This document shows, piece after piece, positions 10,199 to 19,756 of a DNA stretch of 64,000 bases (position 1 is the stretch's first letter; each line of letters starts with the position of its first letter). The notes under the pieces are model-generated. The model worked only from the letters and a program-made list of their open reading frames with translations. It searched no databases and had not been told where the DNA came from. The translations under genes were made by a program, and so were the position numbers. The DNA is taken from the NCBI GenBank assembly GCA_023245035.1, contig JAHFLD010000002.1:1501-65500 (forward strand), given 5' to 3'. This stretch comes from Candidatus Harrisonbacteria bacterium (lineage in GTDB: Bacteria > Patescibacteriota > Minisyncoccia > UBA6257 > 1-14-0-10-40-38).

Positions 10199-10285
10199 GG
10201 AGGGGTGGCAGAGCGGTCTAACGCGCCGCACTTGAAATGCGGTATACCCGAAACGGTATCGTGAGTTCGAATCTCACCCCCTCCG
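10199..10285 (+). tRNA. tRNA-Ser (anticodon TGA), CCA not encoded
   Basis: GGAGGGG acceptor pairs with CCCCTCC. Anticodon stem-loop CCGCA-CTTGAAA-TGCGG, long variable arm, T-arm GTGAG-TTCGAAT-CTCAC. Confidence 0.85.
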
Positions 10286-10323
10286 CGCTGGGCAGTAAAC
10301 TAATACATTTTGGGTTGATCTCG

Positions 10324-10827
10324 TTATGTCGTTGAGTTTTTTTCCGACTTTATATCCACGGCATCTTGCAAAATACCTTCCAATACATTGGCGGTGGCGG
10401 CAGTAACGAAAGAGATAAAAATTATCAAAAGACCAATAAAAACACCGCCTGCGATGTCATCGCCAGGCCGAACTATAAATAGATAAGCTTCTGTCGTCGC
10501 ATCAAAACCGATAATAGTCATCGCGCAGTATTTTATGGTGCGCAGGGCTTTTACGGAGTTTTGGGAAAATACTTTATTTTTTGCTACGTATCCCAAAAGC
10601 TTGAGCGCCTGATAAATCGCTATGAAAAAGGCGATAGAGGCAGCGTAGGCGTAGGCCAAAAATGGATCGTTGAAGTAAATTTCAAAAAGCGTGGCTTGGG
10701 CGTTTCTGCCTTCGATGTGCGGTTCCCAAAGCATAAAAGCCAGAGCGCCGATGCCGATGAGAACTATGACTATTCGAAGAAATATAATAGAACTTCGTTT
10801 TGTAAATCCCGATTTTAGGATGATCAT
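10324..10827 (-). CDS. Hypothetical polytopic membrane protein
   Basis: 167 aa with four hydrophobic helices. No catalytic motif. Confidence 0.55.
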   Translation of the reverse strand: MIILKSGFTKRSSIIFLRIVIVLIGIGALAFMLWEPHIEGRNAQATLFEIYFNDPFLAYAYAASIAFFIAIYQALKLLGYVAKNKVFSQNSVKALRTIKYCAMTIIGFDATTEAYLFIVRPGDDIAGGVFIGLLIIFISFVTAATANVLEGILQDAVDIKSEKNSTT

Positions 10828-10940
10828 AATTTAATCTTAATTTAGTGCTTGTCGTTTATCAATTTAGAGGTGGTTTGCTTAAGAGCTGGTTTGATGTTAC
10901 GATTCGGGCGTCTACGGTTTTTGATTTTTGGGGGAGTCGA

Positions 10941-11219
10941 ATGACCAAGGAACAAATCGGTGCCTTGTTGCGTCTTTATCTCGAAAAGTTGCAGGGGATG
11001 CATATCCCGCGGAGAAGTCTTTCGCTCACCGCGGTGCTGGGTCCAGATTCAGCAGGGGCGGCGCTGGCTCATTGCCACCAGATGCTTACCGAAATGCAAG
11101 TTTTTCTGGCCGAAGATCGGATGGATAAGCTTTTTCGCTGGTTGGGTTTTGTGCAGGGATGTTTTTGGTCAGCCGGACTTTTTACGATTGATGAGATGAG
11201 AGAACACAACCGCTCTTAG
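10941..11219 (+). CDS. Hypothetical small protein
   Basis: ATG at 10941 preceded by GGGGAG. Product MTKEQIGALLRLYLEKLQG... The longer track ORF from 10845 is probably 5' over-extension. Confidence 0.45.
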   Translation: MTKEQIGALLRLYLEKLQGMHIPRRSLSLTAVLGPDSAGAALAHCHQMLTEMQVFLAEDRMDKLFRWLGFVQGCFWSAGLFTIDEMREHNRS

Positions 11220-11233
11220 GAGCGGTTCTTTTT

Positions 11234-11295
11234 AATGACTACGAATTTACGAATTTTTACGAATATACGAATAGGATTGCATCAACGAACCCGCC
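11234..11295 (+). repeat. Direct repeat copy 1: tandem TACGAAT heptamer array (gactacgaatttacgaatttttacgaatatacgaatagg...catcaacgaa)
   Basis: Near-identical to 13249-13315. Four TACGAAT heptamers at 8-10 bp spacing. Lies 190 bp upstream of the 11482 CDS. Confidence 0.8.
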
Positions 11296-11481
11296 TCCGC
11301 TTGACCTGCCTTCCGGCAGGCAGGGCTACGGGCGGGCAAGTTTACGACTAAAACAATATACTCATTGTTCGTCCGGCCAAATGAGTACATTTTTGGCCAA
11401 AAAACTTGCTTTTCGTGAGGTTTTCCTCATATACTGCGCTTGGTTCGTTGACATATCAGCGGTTTTTAATTTGGAGATACC

Positions 11482-13212
11482 ATGTTCTTGGATAAGGCGT
11501 TTCTGGATCGGGCAATACCGATTGCTCGACAGTTCGTAAGAGCCCCAGTTCCGTATCAGTTTTCGGTTCGCGAGACTGAAGCCCTGAAATTGTTTTTTAC
11601 CAGTGCGACTTCGAGAGTTTTTTTCTTCCGGAATATGCCGCCGAATTTTTCGGCGGCGCTGCTCGCGATGTATTCGCGGCTCAAGAATCAGCGAGGGATT
11701 CGCGGTCATTTTGTTGATACGCTCTTGCCGCTTTTGCTAACGGGGCTTTTGGAGAATTTCTCCGAAGTTTCGCCAAGCGGAGCGATTCATGCCTATCAGG
11801 CTTATCTGACCGGATTGGGCATTAGGTCGCTTGATCAGTTCTGCGAAGCCAAGATAGAGCATCTGGCGGTATTTAAGGATTTCGTGGCGAATGCCACGGG
11901 CGATCCACGACTTGAAAAACAGTTGGCGGATTCACCGAAGATGAAGGCGTTGCTTGATGTGTTTTTGGACAAGTACGGGCACAATTCCATCGCGCGCGGA
12001 GCGGCTCTCACGTTCGCAGTGGAAGACATTTCCATTCTCGCGGCCAAGTCCATTGAGTGGAATCGTCCGGGTTCGGGGTTTATTGAGTTGAGCACGCGGT
12101 TTGTGGATATTTCGCGCGCCAGACAGTATCCAATCTGGGACGAGATTGCCTTAGTTTGCGAAGAGGCGGCGTGCGCGGCCAGAGAGGCGATTGTTCAGGC
12201 GAGCGCGGCTTATCGAACCTTGATTGGTGTGGCGTTTGACGGAATCTTGCCGAAGTTTTTTGAGCAACACTTCGCCCCGCTTTTGCCGGTCAAGGACTTG
12301 AAGTCCGCGGTTCAGGGCGAGGCGTGCGACGTGGCGGGCAATGTTTTGCCGTGCGCGACTTTGACTTCGGTTGGGGTGGCGATTTCCGGCGAGGCTTTTG
12401 ACTCTCTGCTTAAGCATCTGTTGCTTGACGCGACTCCGGAGAACTTTGCTCTGGTTGAATTGATTTTGGCCGAAGCCGCGAAGGTTGGCGGGGATCAGTT
12501 TGCCCGACACTACGAGCCGTCGCCGTGGGAAGTTGAGGGGTGGAGATACTTATCCTCGCAGAATATCATCCAAGGTTTCGGCACGACTTCGCTCTTGATT
12601 GCCGAGGATGTTTTGTGGAATTATTTTCGTTCCGATGGCACGTCCAACGGTTCCGCGGTGTTTGAAGATGTGCTGAGAAAGTTGCCGTTTGAAGAGAGGG
12701 GAGAACACGATCGCTTGCCCTATCATTTTGAAACGGTTTTTGGCACTAGCTTTGGAAAGATGTCTTTTCGTGGTTGGCGAGATTTGCAGAGGCATGTGCT
12801 CGCGACTCACGCGCGGACATTGGTTGATCCGAGTCTCGGTTTTTACCATTACGACAAGCCGGCACCCACCGAATTGGCCGACGTGTTTGACGAGATTCAC
12901 CTGATGAATCGAGCCACGTGGACGGCACTCTGCGGTCGCGGAGTCGCTCCGCTTATCGCGCAGTATGCCATGGCGATGGGTAATCTGGTTGGATTCCTGT
13001 GCGGTGCCAATTTGCGCGAATGGGAGTTCATCCTGTGGCAGAGAAGCGACTTTCAAGTGAATCACGAGGTGCGACAGGTGGCGCTGGGGATTGATCGCGC
13101 CCTGCAGATTCAGTTTCCGTGGTGGCGAAAAATTTCCCGTACCGATCTGACTCCGGCTTATGTGGCCGCTCGTAGTGAAGTTGGCGTGCCGTTGCCGACA
13201 AGTGTTGGTTGA
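11482..13212 (+). CDS. Hypothetical 576-aa protein, bracketed by TACGAAT direct repeats; weak tandem ThyX-like signature (speculative)
   Basis: GGAG RBS 5 nt upstream of the ATG. Two halves carry faint TFAVEDIS...ELSTRF and SFRGWRDLQRHVLATHART segments, reminiscent of the ThyX TFxxEGxS...RHR...SQRY signature. No confident assignment. Confidence 0.5.
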   Translation: MFLDKAFLDRAIPIARQFVRAPVPYQFSVRETEALKLFFTSATSRVFFFRNMPPNFSAALLAMYSRLKNQRGIRGHFVDTLLPLLLTGLLENFSEVSPSGAIHAYQAYLTGLGIRSLDQFCEAKIEHLAVFKDFVANATGDPRLEKQLADSPKMKALLDVFLDKYGHNSIARGAALTFAVEDISILAAKSIEWNRPGSGFIELSTRFVDISRARQYPIWDEIALVCEEAACAAREAIVQASAAYRTLIGVAFDGILPKFFEQHFAPLLPVKDLKSAVQGEACDVAGNVLPCATLTSVGVAISGEAFDSLLKHLLLDATPENFALVELILAEAAKVGGDQFARHYEPSPWEVEGWRYLSSQNIIQGFGTTSLLIAEDVLWNYFRSDGTSNGSAVFEDVLRKLPFEERGEHDRLPYHFETVFGTSFGKMSFRGWRDLQRHVLATHARTLVDPSLGFYHYDKPAPTELADVFDEIHLMNRATWTALCGRGVAPLIAQYAMAMGNLVGFLCGANLREWEFILWQRSDFQVNHEVRQVALGIDRALQIQFPWWRKISRTDLTPAYVAARSEVGVPLPTSVG

Positions 13213-13214
13213 TA

Positions 13215-13248
13215 GCAGAGCCCTGATTTACACTCGGGGCTTTTTTAT
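13215..13248 (+). terminator. Rho-independent terminator (agcccc...ggggct + T-run)
   Basis: GC stem agagccc/gggcttt followed by ttttt, immediately after the stop of the 11482 CDS. Confidence 0.55.
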
Positions 13249-13360
13249 ATGATTACGAATTTACGAATTTTTACGAATATACGAATGGGTACAGGGTGGA
13301 TTACATCAACGAATAACGAATCCTTTGCGAATGTACGAATGGGGAAAAAGATAAGGGTTA
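13249..13360 (+). repeat. Direct repeat copy 2: extended TACGAAT/ACGAAT array (8 CGAAT units)
   Basis: gattacgaatttacgaatttttacgaatatacgaatggg ... aacgaataacgaat ... gcgaatgtacgaatgggg. Matches copy 1 over ~55 bp. Confidence 0.8.
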
Positions 13361-13459
13361 CGAGGTACTGCTTGCTCCTAGCCCACGCCTTGAACTACGC
13401 CTAAATACGGAGGTTTTCTAGCAGACCCACATGTTTATTAAAAGACGCATTTTGGTTTT

Positions 13460-14194
13460 TTAAGCTCTGGCGGCGACGAGAGCGATAATGTTTTTTCCGC
13501 CGGCGCGTTTGATGGTGAGCGCGGCTTCGCGCAGAGTGGCGCCGGAGGTCGTGACGTCATCTACAAGAATTATATTTTTTCCGCGAACTTGTTCCGGTTT
13601 TTTTATGAGAAAGCTGTGCTGAATGTTTAGGACGCGTTCGGCGCGACTTACGCATTCGGCTTGGGGCTTGATGTAGCGAACTCGCCGGAGGGTGGAAGAG
13701 TTTATCGGCAAGCCGGTTTTCTGCGCAAAGCGGCGGGCCAAAAGTTCCGCCTGGTTGAAGCCCCGGATCTTGAGGCGGCGGCGATGCAGGGGGAGTGGGA
13801 TGACTAGCGGGTTTTTTGTTTGATTAGCGACTTCCTTCCAGTAGCGGGACATCAGGTGCGCCAAAGGGCGGGCCGCGACTGTCTGGCCCCGATATTTTAA
13901 TTGCCAGATTAGTCTTTGAACAGTCTCGTTTTCATATTTAGCGGCGGCGGCGAGCAGGTAGGGGCTTTCGGGGTGGCAGATTTTTTTACCGTCGGGGAGG
14001 CGGGCGCCGCAGATGGCGCATTCAAGCGCGTCGCCAAGTTTAATGTTTTCTTCGCAGGCCGCGCAAAGATTGTAGGTTTTGCGAAGATCCGCGACGACGG
14101 TTTCGCAGACTACGCAAAGTGGCGGGAAGATCAGATCAACGGCTGTTGCGGCGAGGCGCCGGAAGACGCTCATGGTATACTTTGAATATATCAT
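13460..14194 (-). CDS. comFC: Competence protein ComFC (phosphoribosyltransferase-type, N-terminal zinc finger)
   Basis: N-terminal CxxC...CxxC pairs and C-terminal PRTase motif ILVDDVTTSGATL. Divergent from pilM with only 8 bp between start codons. Confidence 0.8.
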   Translation of the reverse strand: MIYSKYTMSVFRRLAATAVDLIFPPLCVVCETVVADLRKTYNLCAACEENIKLGDALECAICGARLPDGKKICHPESPYLLAAAAKYENETVQRLIWQLKYRGQTVAARPLAHLMSRYWKEVANQTKNPLVIPLPLHRRRLKIRGFNQAELLARRFAQKTGLPINSSTLRRVRYIKPQAECVSRAERVLNIQHSFLIKKPEQVRGKNIILVDDVTTSGATLREAALTIKRAGGKNIIALVAARA

Positions 14195-14202
14195 TTTGAG
14201 CT

Positions 14203-15276
14203 ATGTCATTTTTGGAATCGCTAATTCACCACAAGCAGTTTTTTAGTTTGGATATCGGCACCACTTCCATGAAGGCGGTTGAGATGACCCGCCAGGGAGA
14301 GACGTTTGCTTTGAAAAATTACGCGATTCTGGAAACTTTCGGTTATTTGGAGCGTTCCAACAACGCTTTGCAAACCAGCAATCTGAAACTTTTGGAAAAT
14401 GAAGTGGCTTTGTATTTGTCGCTGCTTTTAAAGCGCTTGAATCCGACTTCCGGCGCGGCGGTGCTGTCGGTGCCGACTTTTTCCACTTTTTCCACTTTGG
14501 TAGAATTGCCGGCGGTGCAGGAGCATGAGATCGCTAAGATTATGCAGTACCAAGCGCAGCAATATATTCCGTTGCCGATTGCTTCAGTGACGGTGGACTG
14601 GATTAAGGTCGGGGAGCGAGTTGATGATTCGGGGGCGCGCAAGTTGCAGATTTTGCTAATGTCGATTGTTAACGATCACATTGAGAAGTATCGCAAGATT
14701 TTGCAGTCAGTTGGGATTAGGATGTTGGGAGTGGAGGTTGAGGGTTTGAGCTTGGCAAGAGCGCTGACATCCGGATCTAAAGAGCCGACCTTGATTTTGG
14801 ACATTGGCGGGCGTTCTACCGGTATTTTTGTGGCCCAGGAGGGTTTTTTGAAGTTTGCCGGACAGACTGATTTTTCCGGCGGATCGCTCACGCAGACCAT
14901 TTCCACCGGGCTCACGATCTCACCGCGCCGTTCCGAGGATCTGAAGCGAGAGCGCGGTTTGCTGGGTTCCGGCGGGGAGCAGGAGTTATCCACACTAATT
15001 GAGCCGATTTTGGATGTTATAATTGCCGAAGGAGTGCGGGTTCGGACGAATTACGAAAAGGCCTATCAGCAAACCGTAACCAGGGCGATTCTTTCCGGCG
15101 GCGCTTCCAATCTTTTGGGTATTGAGGAATATTTTACCCGAGAGCTTGGGTTGCCGACGACCAAGGCCGATCCTTTTAAATTCGTGACTTATAACCAGGC
15201 ACTGGCTCCGGTGGTCAAAGATCTGGGTCCGCATCTTTCGGTAGCCGTGGGTCTTGGCATGAAGGATCTCCGTTAG
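14203..15276 (+). CDS. pilM: Type IV pilus assembly ATPase-fold protein PilM
   Basis: Actin-like fold motifs FSLDIGTTSMKAV and LILDIGGRSTGIFV. Sits upstream of PilN/PilO-like genes. Confidence 0.8.
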   Translation: MSFLESLIHHKQFFSLDIGTTSMKAVEMTRQGETFALKNYAILETFGYLERSNNALQTSNLKLLENEVALYLSLLLKRLNPTSGAAVLSVPTFSTFSTLVELPAVQEHEIAKIMQYQAQQYIPLPIASVTVDWIKVGERVDDSGARKLQILLMSIVNDHIEKYRKILQSVGIRMLGVEVEGLSLARALTSGSKEPTLILDIGGRSTGIFVAQEGFLKFAGQTDFSGGSLTQTISTGLTISPRRSEDLKRERGLLGSGGEQELSTLIEPILDVIIAEGVRVRTNYEKAYQQTVTRAILSGGASNLLGIEEYFTRELGLPTTKADPFKFVTYNQALAPVVKDLGPHLSVAVGLGMKDLR

Positions 15277-15284
15277 CTTTTCAC

Positions 15285-15836
15285 ATGCCCCTTCCACAAA
15301 ATAATTTTAATATTAATTCCGGCGTCGCGCCGGCCGCGAGTGGCGGAACCTGGCGGCTTTTTTTGTTTTTTTTCTCCATCCTGATGCTTTTGGTGCTGGG
15401 TTATGTCGGCTTACTGTTCGGTTACAAGCCATATTTGAAGCGCGAGATCGTGGCGCGGGAGCAATCGCTGGCCGATTTGGCGGCCCAGGTTTCGCAAGCC
15501 GAACAGGAAGATTTTTTGAGTTTTTATTTTCAGCTGGTTGATATCAAAAATTTGCTTGCTTCGCATGTGATGTCTTCGCGGGCGCTTGGTCTGTTGCAGG
15601 CCAGGGTCGTACCGAGGGTTTATTTTTCCAATCTCACTTTTAGCTCGCTTGAAAGCAAGTTGACGATTGAGGCCTTTGCCGATTCTTACGATTCTTTCAC
15701 CGAACAGTTGCAGGCTTTTGCCACCACTAAGGAGATTGCTTCATACGCGGTCAGCAACGCGGTGCAAGACAAGGGGTTGGTTAAGTTTCAAGCGGTGCTA
15801 ACACTTAAGCCGGAGGCCTATAAAAATAAGAATTGA
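15285..15836 (+). CDS. pilN: Type IV pilus assembly protein PilN-like (single TM)
   Basis: N-terminal TM helix then periplasmic coiled-coil domain. Position between pilM and pilO. Confidence 0.6.
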   Translation: MPLPQNNFNINSGVAPAASGGTWRLFLFFFSILMLLVLGYVGLLFGYKPYLKREIVAREQSLADLAAQVSQAEQEDFLSFYFQLVDIKNLLASHVMSSRALGLLQARVVPRVYFSNLTFSSLESKLTIEAFADSYDSFTEQLQAFATTKEIASYAVSNAVQDKGLVKFQAVLTLKPEAYKNKN

Positions 15837-15839
15837 TAT

Positions 15840-16424
15840 ATGCGCGCTTCAACCCAACGGATCTACGTTTTTCTTTTAAGCCTGTTTTGCTTCGTGGCCT
15901 CGTTTGTGGTCTACGCTCTTTTGCTCAAGCCGGCTTATGCCGATTTGAATATGTTGCGCGGTATTTTGAGTTCCAAAACCGAGGCGCTGGACGTACATGG
16001 ACAGATCGCCCTAAAAGTTAAGGATCTCATCGCCAACTACAAGGGAGTCCAAAATCTGCAGGAAAATATTTCGCTCGCTCTGCCCAAAGAGCAGTCCCTC
16101 GCGACGCTTTATAATCAGTTTTATGCCTTGGCCAGCGATACCAATCTAAATTTGAAGTCACTTTCCGCTGGCGCGGGAACTTTGCGGGCGACCTCCGAGG
16201 ATCGCAGTACTTCACAGACTCCGGCCAAGGTCGGAACCGTGCAGGTGACTCTGACTCTTGCCGGAACTTACGAAGCTTTTAGAAATTTTTTGGAGAAACT
16301 GGAGACTAATATTCGCATTTTGGATGTGGCCAGTTTTACCGTGGCGGCGCCACAGGGGCAATCAAGGAGCGCTAATTCATTCGATTTTACAGCGATCGTC
16401 GTTGCTTATTACCAATCGAGATAA
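15840..16424 (+). CDS. pilO: Type IV pilus assembly protein PilO-like
   Basis: N-terminal TM helix (YVFLLSLFCFVASFVVYALLL). Position in the pilMNO cluster. Confidence 0.55.
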   Translation: MRASTQRIYVFLLSLFCFVASFVVYALLLKPAYADLNMLRGILSSKTEALDVHGQIALKVKDLIANYKGVQNLQENISLALPKEQSLATLYNQFYALASDTNLNLKSLSAGAGTLRATSEDRSTSQTPAKVGTVQVTLTLAGTYEAFRNFLEKLETNIRILDVASFTVAAPQGQSRSANSFDFTAIVVAYYQSR

Positions 16425-16429
16425 ATATT

Positions 16430-16723
16430 ATGGCCATTGTCTTTGAAAAAGAAAAAAAGAGATTTAACTGGTTCGCGATTCTGCTGACGCTGGTGGTTTT
16501 GGTTTTTGTCGGCGCCGCGGCTTATTATCTTTTTTTCGCCCCGTCCCCGAAAATTGAGGCGATTATTCCCAAGGAGTTGCAGCGCGCGGGCGAGGTGTCG
16601 CAGATTGATTTTACCGACCCGTCGTTTGTGATTAACAGCCAGGCTTATCGCAATCTTCGGCTTTATGTCGGTACGCCGGTTTTGGGGAGTCTAGGACGGA
16701 ATAATCCATTTTTGCCGTTATGA
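16430..16723 (+). CDS. Small membrane protein in pilus cluster (possible PilP-like)
   Basis: 97 aa, single TM helix (FAILLTLVVLVFVGAAAYYLFF). Located between pilO and pilB. Confidence 0.45.
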   Translation: MAIVFEKEKKRFNWFAILLTLVVLVFVGAAAYYLFFAPSPKIEAIIPKELQRAGEVSQIDFTDPSFVINSQAYRNLRLYVGTPVLGSLGRNNPFLPL

Positions 16724-16786
16724 TCAGTCCCTGGTATTTGCCACATTTTTGCCTACGCCGGACAGGTCTTTATTCATAACTTATTC

Positions 16787-18520
16787 ATGGACGACAAGGC
16801 ACTTTTTGACGCGTTGGTTTCGCAAGGGTCGCTCAAGCGGGAGGCGGCCGATTTATTATTGCGGGAGGCGCAGTCTATCAAACGGCGGCCGGAGGATTTG
16901 CTTTATAGCCGCCGGCTGGTAGATGACGGTGAAGTGGCTCGACTGAAGAGCGCTTTGCTAAAAATCCCGTATAAAAAAGTTGATCTTGACGCGGTTACGC
17001 CCGAGGTTTTGAAATCAATTCCGGGAGAAACCGCGCGAACTTATCGGATTGTTCCGATTGCCCGAAGCCAGGATTTGCTGGTGGCGGGGATGTTGAATCC
17101 CGACGACAACGCGGCGCGAGAGGCGTTGCGTTTTTTGGCCAAACAACAGCGAATCAATTTGGGCGTTTATGTTGTCTCCGCGTCGGATGTTGAATCGGTC
17201 CTCAAAAAATACTTCTTGTTTGGCGAAGATATCGCGGCGGCCCTTCAGTCAATGAACCTGAAGCCGGGAGAGGGTCTGACGGATATTCAAAGAATCGTAA
17301 AATTAGAGGAGGGAATGACCGAAAACGACAAGGCGCCGGTTATCCGCATCGTAAGCTCATTGCTCAAAGAGGCGGTAAATATCGGAGCGTCTGATATTCA
17401 TATTGAACCGGGGCGATCCAAACTGCGAGTGCGTTTTAGGATTGATGGCAGTTTGCGTGAAGTCTCGGCCTTGCCGGTGGAATTGCAGCAGCCAGTTATT
17501 TCCAGGGTAAAAGTTTTATCCAGCTTGAAATTGGACGAGAATCGAATGCCCCAGGACGGACGTTTTCGCAGTATTATTTTTGACCGCGAGATTGATTTTC
17601 GCGTGGCGACTTTTCCGACGCCGAATGGCGAGAAGGTGGCCTTGCGCGTGCTCGATCCCACGACCGGACTTAAGAGTCTGGATGATTTGGGCGTGGCCGG
17701 CAGGAATTTGGAAATTTTAAAGGCGGGGCTAGCCAAGCCTTATGGCGCGGTTTTGCTGACCGGTCCGACCGGTTCGGGAAAGACCACAACGCTTTATGCT
17801 TTGATGCAGATTCTAAACAAGCAGGAGGTTAACATTGTGAGCTTGGAGGATCCGGTGGAGTACACGCTCGACGGAGTTAACCAATCACAGGTTAAGCCGG
17901 AGATTGGTTATGATTTTGCTTCGGGTTTGAGGGAGATCTTGCGCCAAGATCCGGATATTATCATGGTTGGTGAAATCCGAGACAAGGAGACCGCCGAGCT
18001 TTCGGTGCACGCCGCTTTAACCGGACACATTGTGCTGGCCACCTTGCACACTAACAGCGCGGCCGGAGTCATTCCGCGTTTGGTGGACATGGGCGTGGAG
18101 CCGTTCTTGTTGCCGTCGGCGCTCAACCTGATGGCCGCTCAGCGTTTGGTTGGTCGATTGTGTTCCAAATGCCGCAAGGCCGAAGACCCATCGCCGCAGC
18201 TTTTGGAAATAATCAAAACAGAGCTCAAGCTAATACCGCCAGAGGCGGTGTCTAGCTTGGCAACGCCATATAAGATTTATCACGCGCCGGGTTGCAGCGC
18301 GTGCGGTGGCAAGGGAATCGTGGGACGCGTCGCGATCTTTGAAGTTTTCCAGATGACGCCCCAACTGGCCGATGTTCTGAATTCTGGAATCAATGAAAAT
18401 AAGATTTTGGAAGAGATGCGCCGCCAGAAGACGGTTTTTCTGCGATCCGATGGAATTCTTAAGGCTTTGCAGGGTTTGGTGCCGATTGAAGATGTGCTCA
18501 AGGAAACCAAGGAGTCTTAA
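16787..18520 (+). CDS. pilB: Type IV pilus assembly ATPase PilB (GspE family)
   Basis: Walker A GPTGSGKTTT. Asp/His boxes. C-terminal tetracysteine CSKC...CSAC. Confidence 0.9.
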   Translation: MDDKALFDALVSQGSLKREAADLLLREAQSIKRRPEDLLYSRRLVDDGEVARLKSALLKIPYKKVDLDAVTPEVLKSIPGETARTYRIVPIARSQDLLVAGMLNPDDNAAREALRFLAKQQRINLGVYVVSASDVESVLKKYFLFGEDIAAALQSMNLKPGEGLTDIQRIVKLEEGMTENDKAPVIRIVSSLLKEAVNIGASDIHIEPGRSKLRVRFRIDGSLREVSALPVELQQPVISRVKVLSSLKLDENRMPQDGRFRSIIFDREIDFRVATFPTPNGEKVALRVLDPTTGLKSLDDLGVAGRNLEILKAGLAKPYGAVLLTGPTGSGKTTTLYALMQILNKQEVNIVSLEDPVEYTLDGVNQSQVKPEIGYDFASGLREILRQDPDIIMVGEIRDKETAELSVHAALTGHIVLATLHTNSAAGVIPRLVDMGVEPFLLPSALNLMAAQRLVGRLCSKCRKAEDPSPQLLEIIKTELKLIPPEAVSSLATPYKIYHAPGCSACGGKGIVGRVAIFEVFQMTPQLADVLNSGINENKILEEMRRQKTVFLRSDGILKALQGLVPIEDVLKETKES

Positions 18521-18566
18521 GGCGCGCCCATGTGGTTGACGAGTGGCGCGGGTGTGAAGAACGTCT

Positions 18567-19667
18567 TTGGCCAGTCTGATATATACTTTAACTATGGATG
18601 CAATACAACAAAAATTAAGCGACTTGCTTTTGACCACGGCGCGGCAGAACGCTTCCGATTTGCATATTTCCGTTGGGCGCAAGCCGACCTTGCGGATTGA
18701 TGGAGTTTTGATTCCGCTCCAGAAGGAGCCGGCGATTACGCCCGAGGTTGCCGAGGGGCTGATTATGGCGCTTTTGACGCCGGAACAAAAGGAGCTTTTT
18801 TTGCAAAACAAGGAGTTTGATTTTTCTTTTGCTTTTGAAGATAAGGCCAGGTTTCGGGTGAATGTTTATAACCAGCGCGGATTTAAGGCGGCGGCTTTGC
18901 GTTTAATTCCGGCGGAGGTGCGAACCGTTGAGGCCTTGGGTTTGCCGCCGGTATTGCATGATTTTACCAAGTTATCGCAGGGCTTTATCTTGGTTGTCGG
19001 TCCGGCCGGACACGGAAAATCAACCACGCTCGCGGCTTTGCTTGACGAAATAAATCATAACCGGATGGATCATATTATTACCATTGAGGATCCGATTGAG
19101 TATTTATTCGTTCAGGATCGGGCGATTATTTCGCAACGCGAAGTAGGGGCGGACACGATGTCTTTTACGGCCGGGCTGCGATCTATTCTGCGACAGGATC
19201 CAGACGTGATTATGGTGGGCGAGATGCGCGATCCGTCTTCAATCGCGACGGCGATGACGGCGGCGGAGACCGGGCATTTGGTTTTTTCCACTCTGCATAC
19301 TAATTCGGCGGCGCAGACGATTGACCGGATTATTGATACTTTTCCAGCGGATCAACAAAGCCAGGTGACCTCGCAGTTGGCGGCGACCTTGGTAGCCATT
19401 GTTTCCGAGCGGTTGGTGCCGAGAGTAAACGGCGGACGGGTTCCGGCGTGCGAGATTATGATCGTCAATTCGGCGATTCGCAACTTAATTCGCGAGCGCA
19501 AGGCGTATCAGATTGATTTGGTGATTGAGACTTCTTTGCAAGAGGGCATGGTGACACTCAACCGCTCGCTTGCGACGCTCGTCAAGCGCAAAGAGATATC
19601 GCTGGAGAACGGGGAGCTTTACTCGATGAATCCATCCGAGCTTAAAATCTTGCTGGATAGAGTATAA
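18567..19667 (+). CDS. pilT: Twitching motility / pilus retraction ATPase PilT
   Basis: Walker A GPAGHGKSTT. Motifs IITIEDPIEY and MVGEMRD, ~360 aa. Confidence 0.9.
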   Translation: MASLIYTLTMDAIQQKLSDLLLTTARQNASDLHISVGRKPTLRIDGVLIPLQKEPAITPEVAEGLIMALLTPEQKELFLQNKEFDFSFAFEDKARFRVNVYNQRGFKAAALRLIPAEVRTVEALGLPPVLHDFTKLSQGFILVVGPAGHGKSTTLAALLDEINHNRMDHIITIEDPIEYLFVQDRAIISQREVGADTMSFTAGLRSILRQDPDVIMVGEMRDPSSIATAMTAAETGHLVFSTLHTNSAAQTIDRIIDTFPADQQSQVTSQLAATLVAIVSERLVPRVNGGRVPACEIMIVNSAIRNLIRERKAYQIDLVIETSLQEGMVTLNRSLATLVKRKEISLENGELYSMNPSELKILLDRV

Positions 19668-19756
19668 ATATAAGTTACTAATGTGCGAATAATTAAGAAT
19701 ATACGAATGTACTTTTTTCGCATCATTCGCATTATCAATTTTCGCATCGGTCTTCT

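Noticed and set aside
10286-11300. Possible degenerate copy of the tRNA-Ser 3' end (cccgcctccgc at 11287-11297) as an att-site remnant
   Set aside because: Only 11 of 13 matches to ccccctccgcg, and no integrase or other mobile-element genes lie between. It is too weak to call an integrated element.
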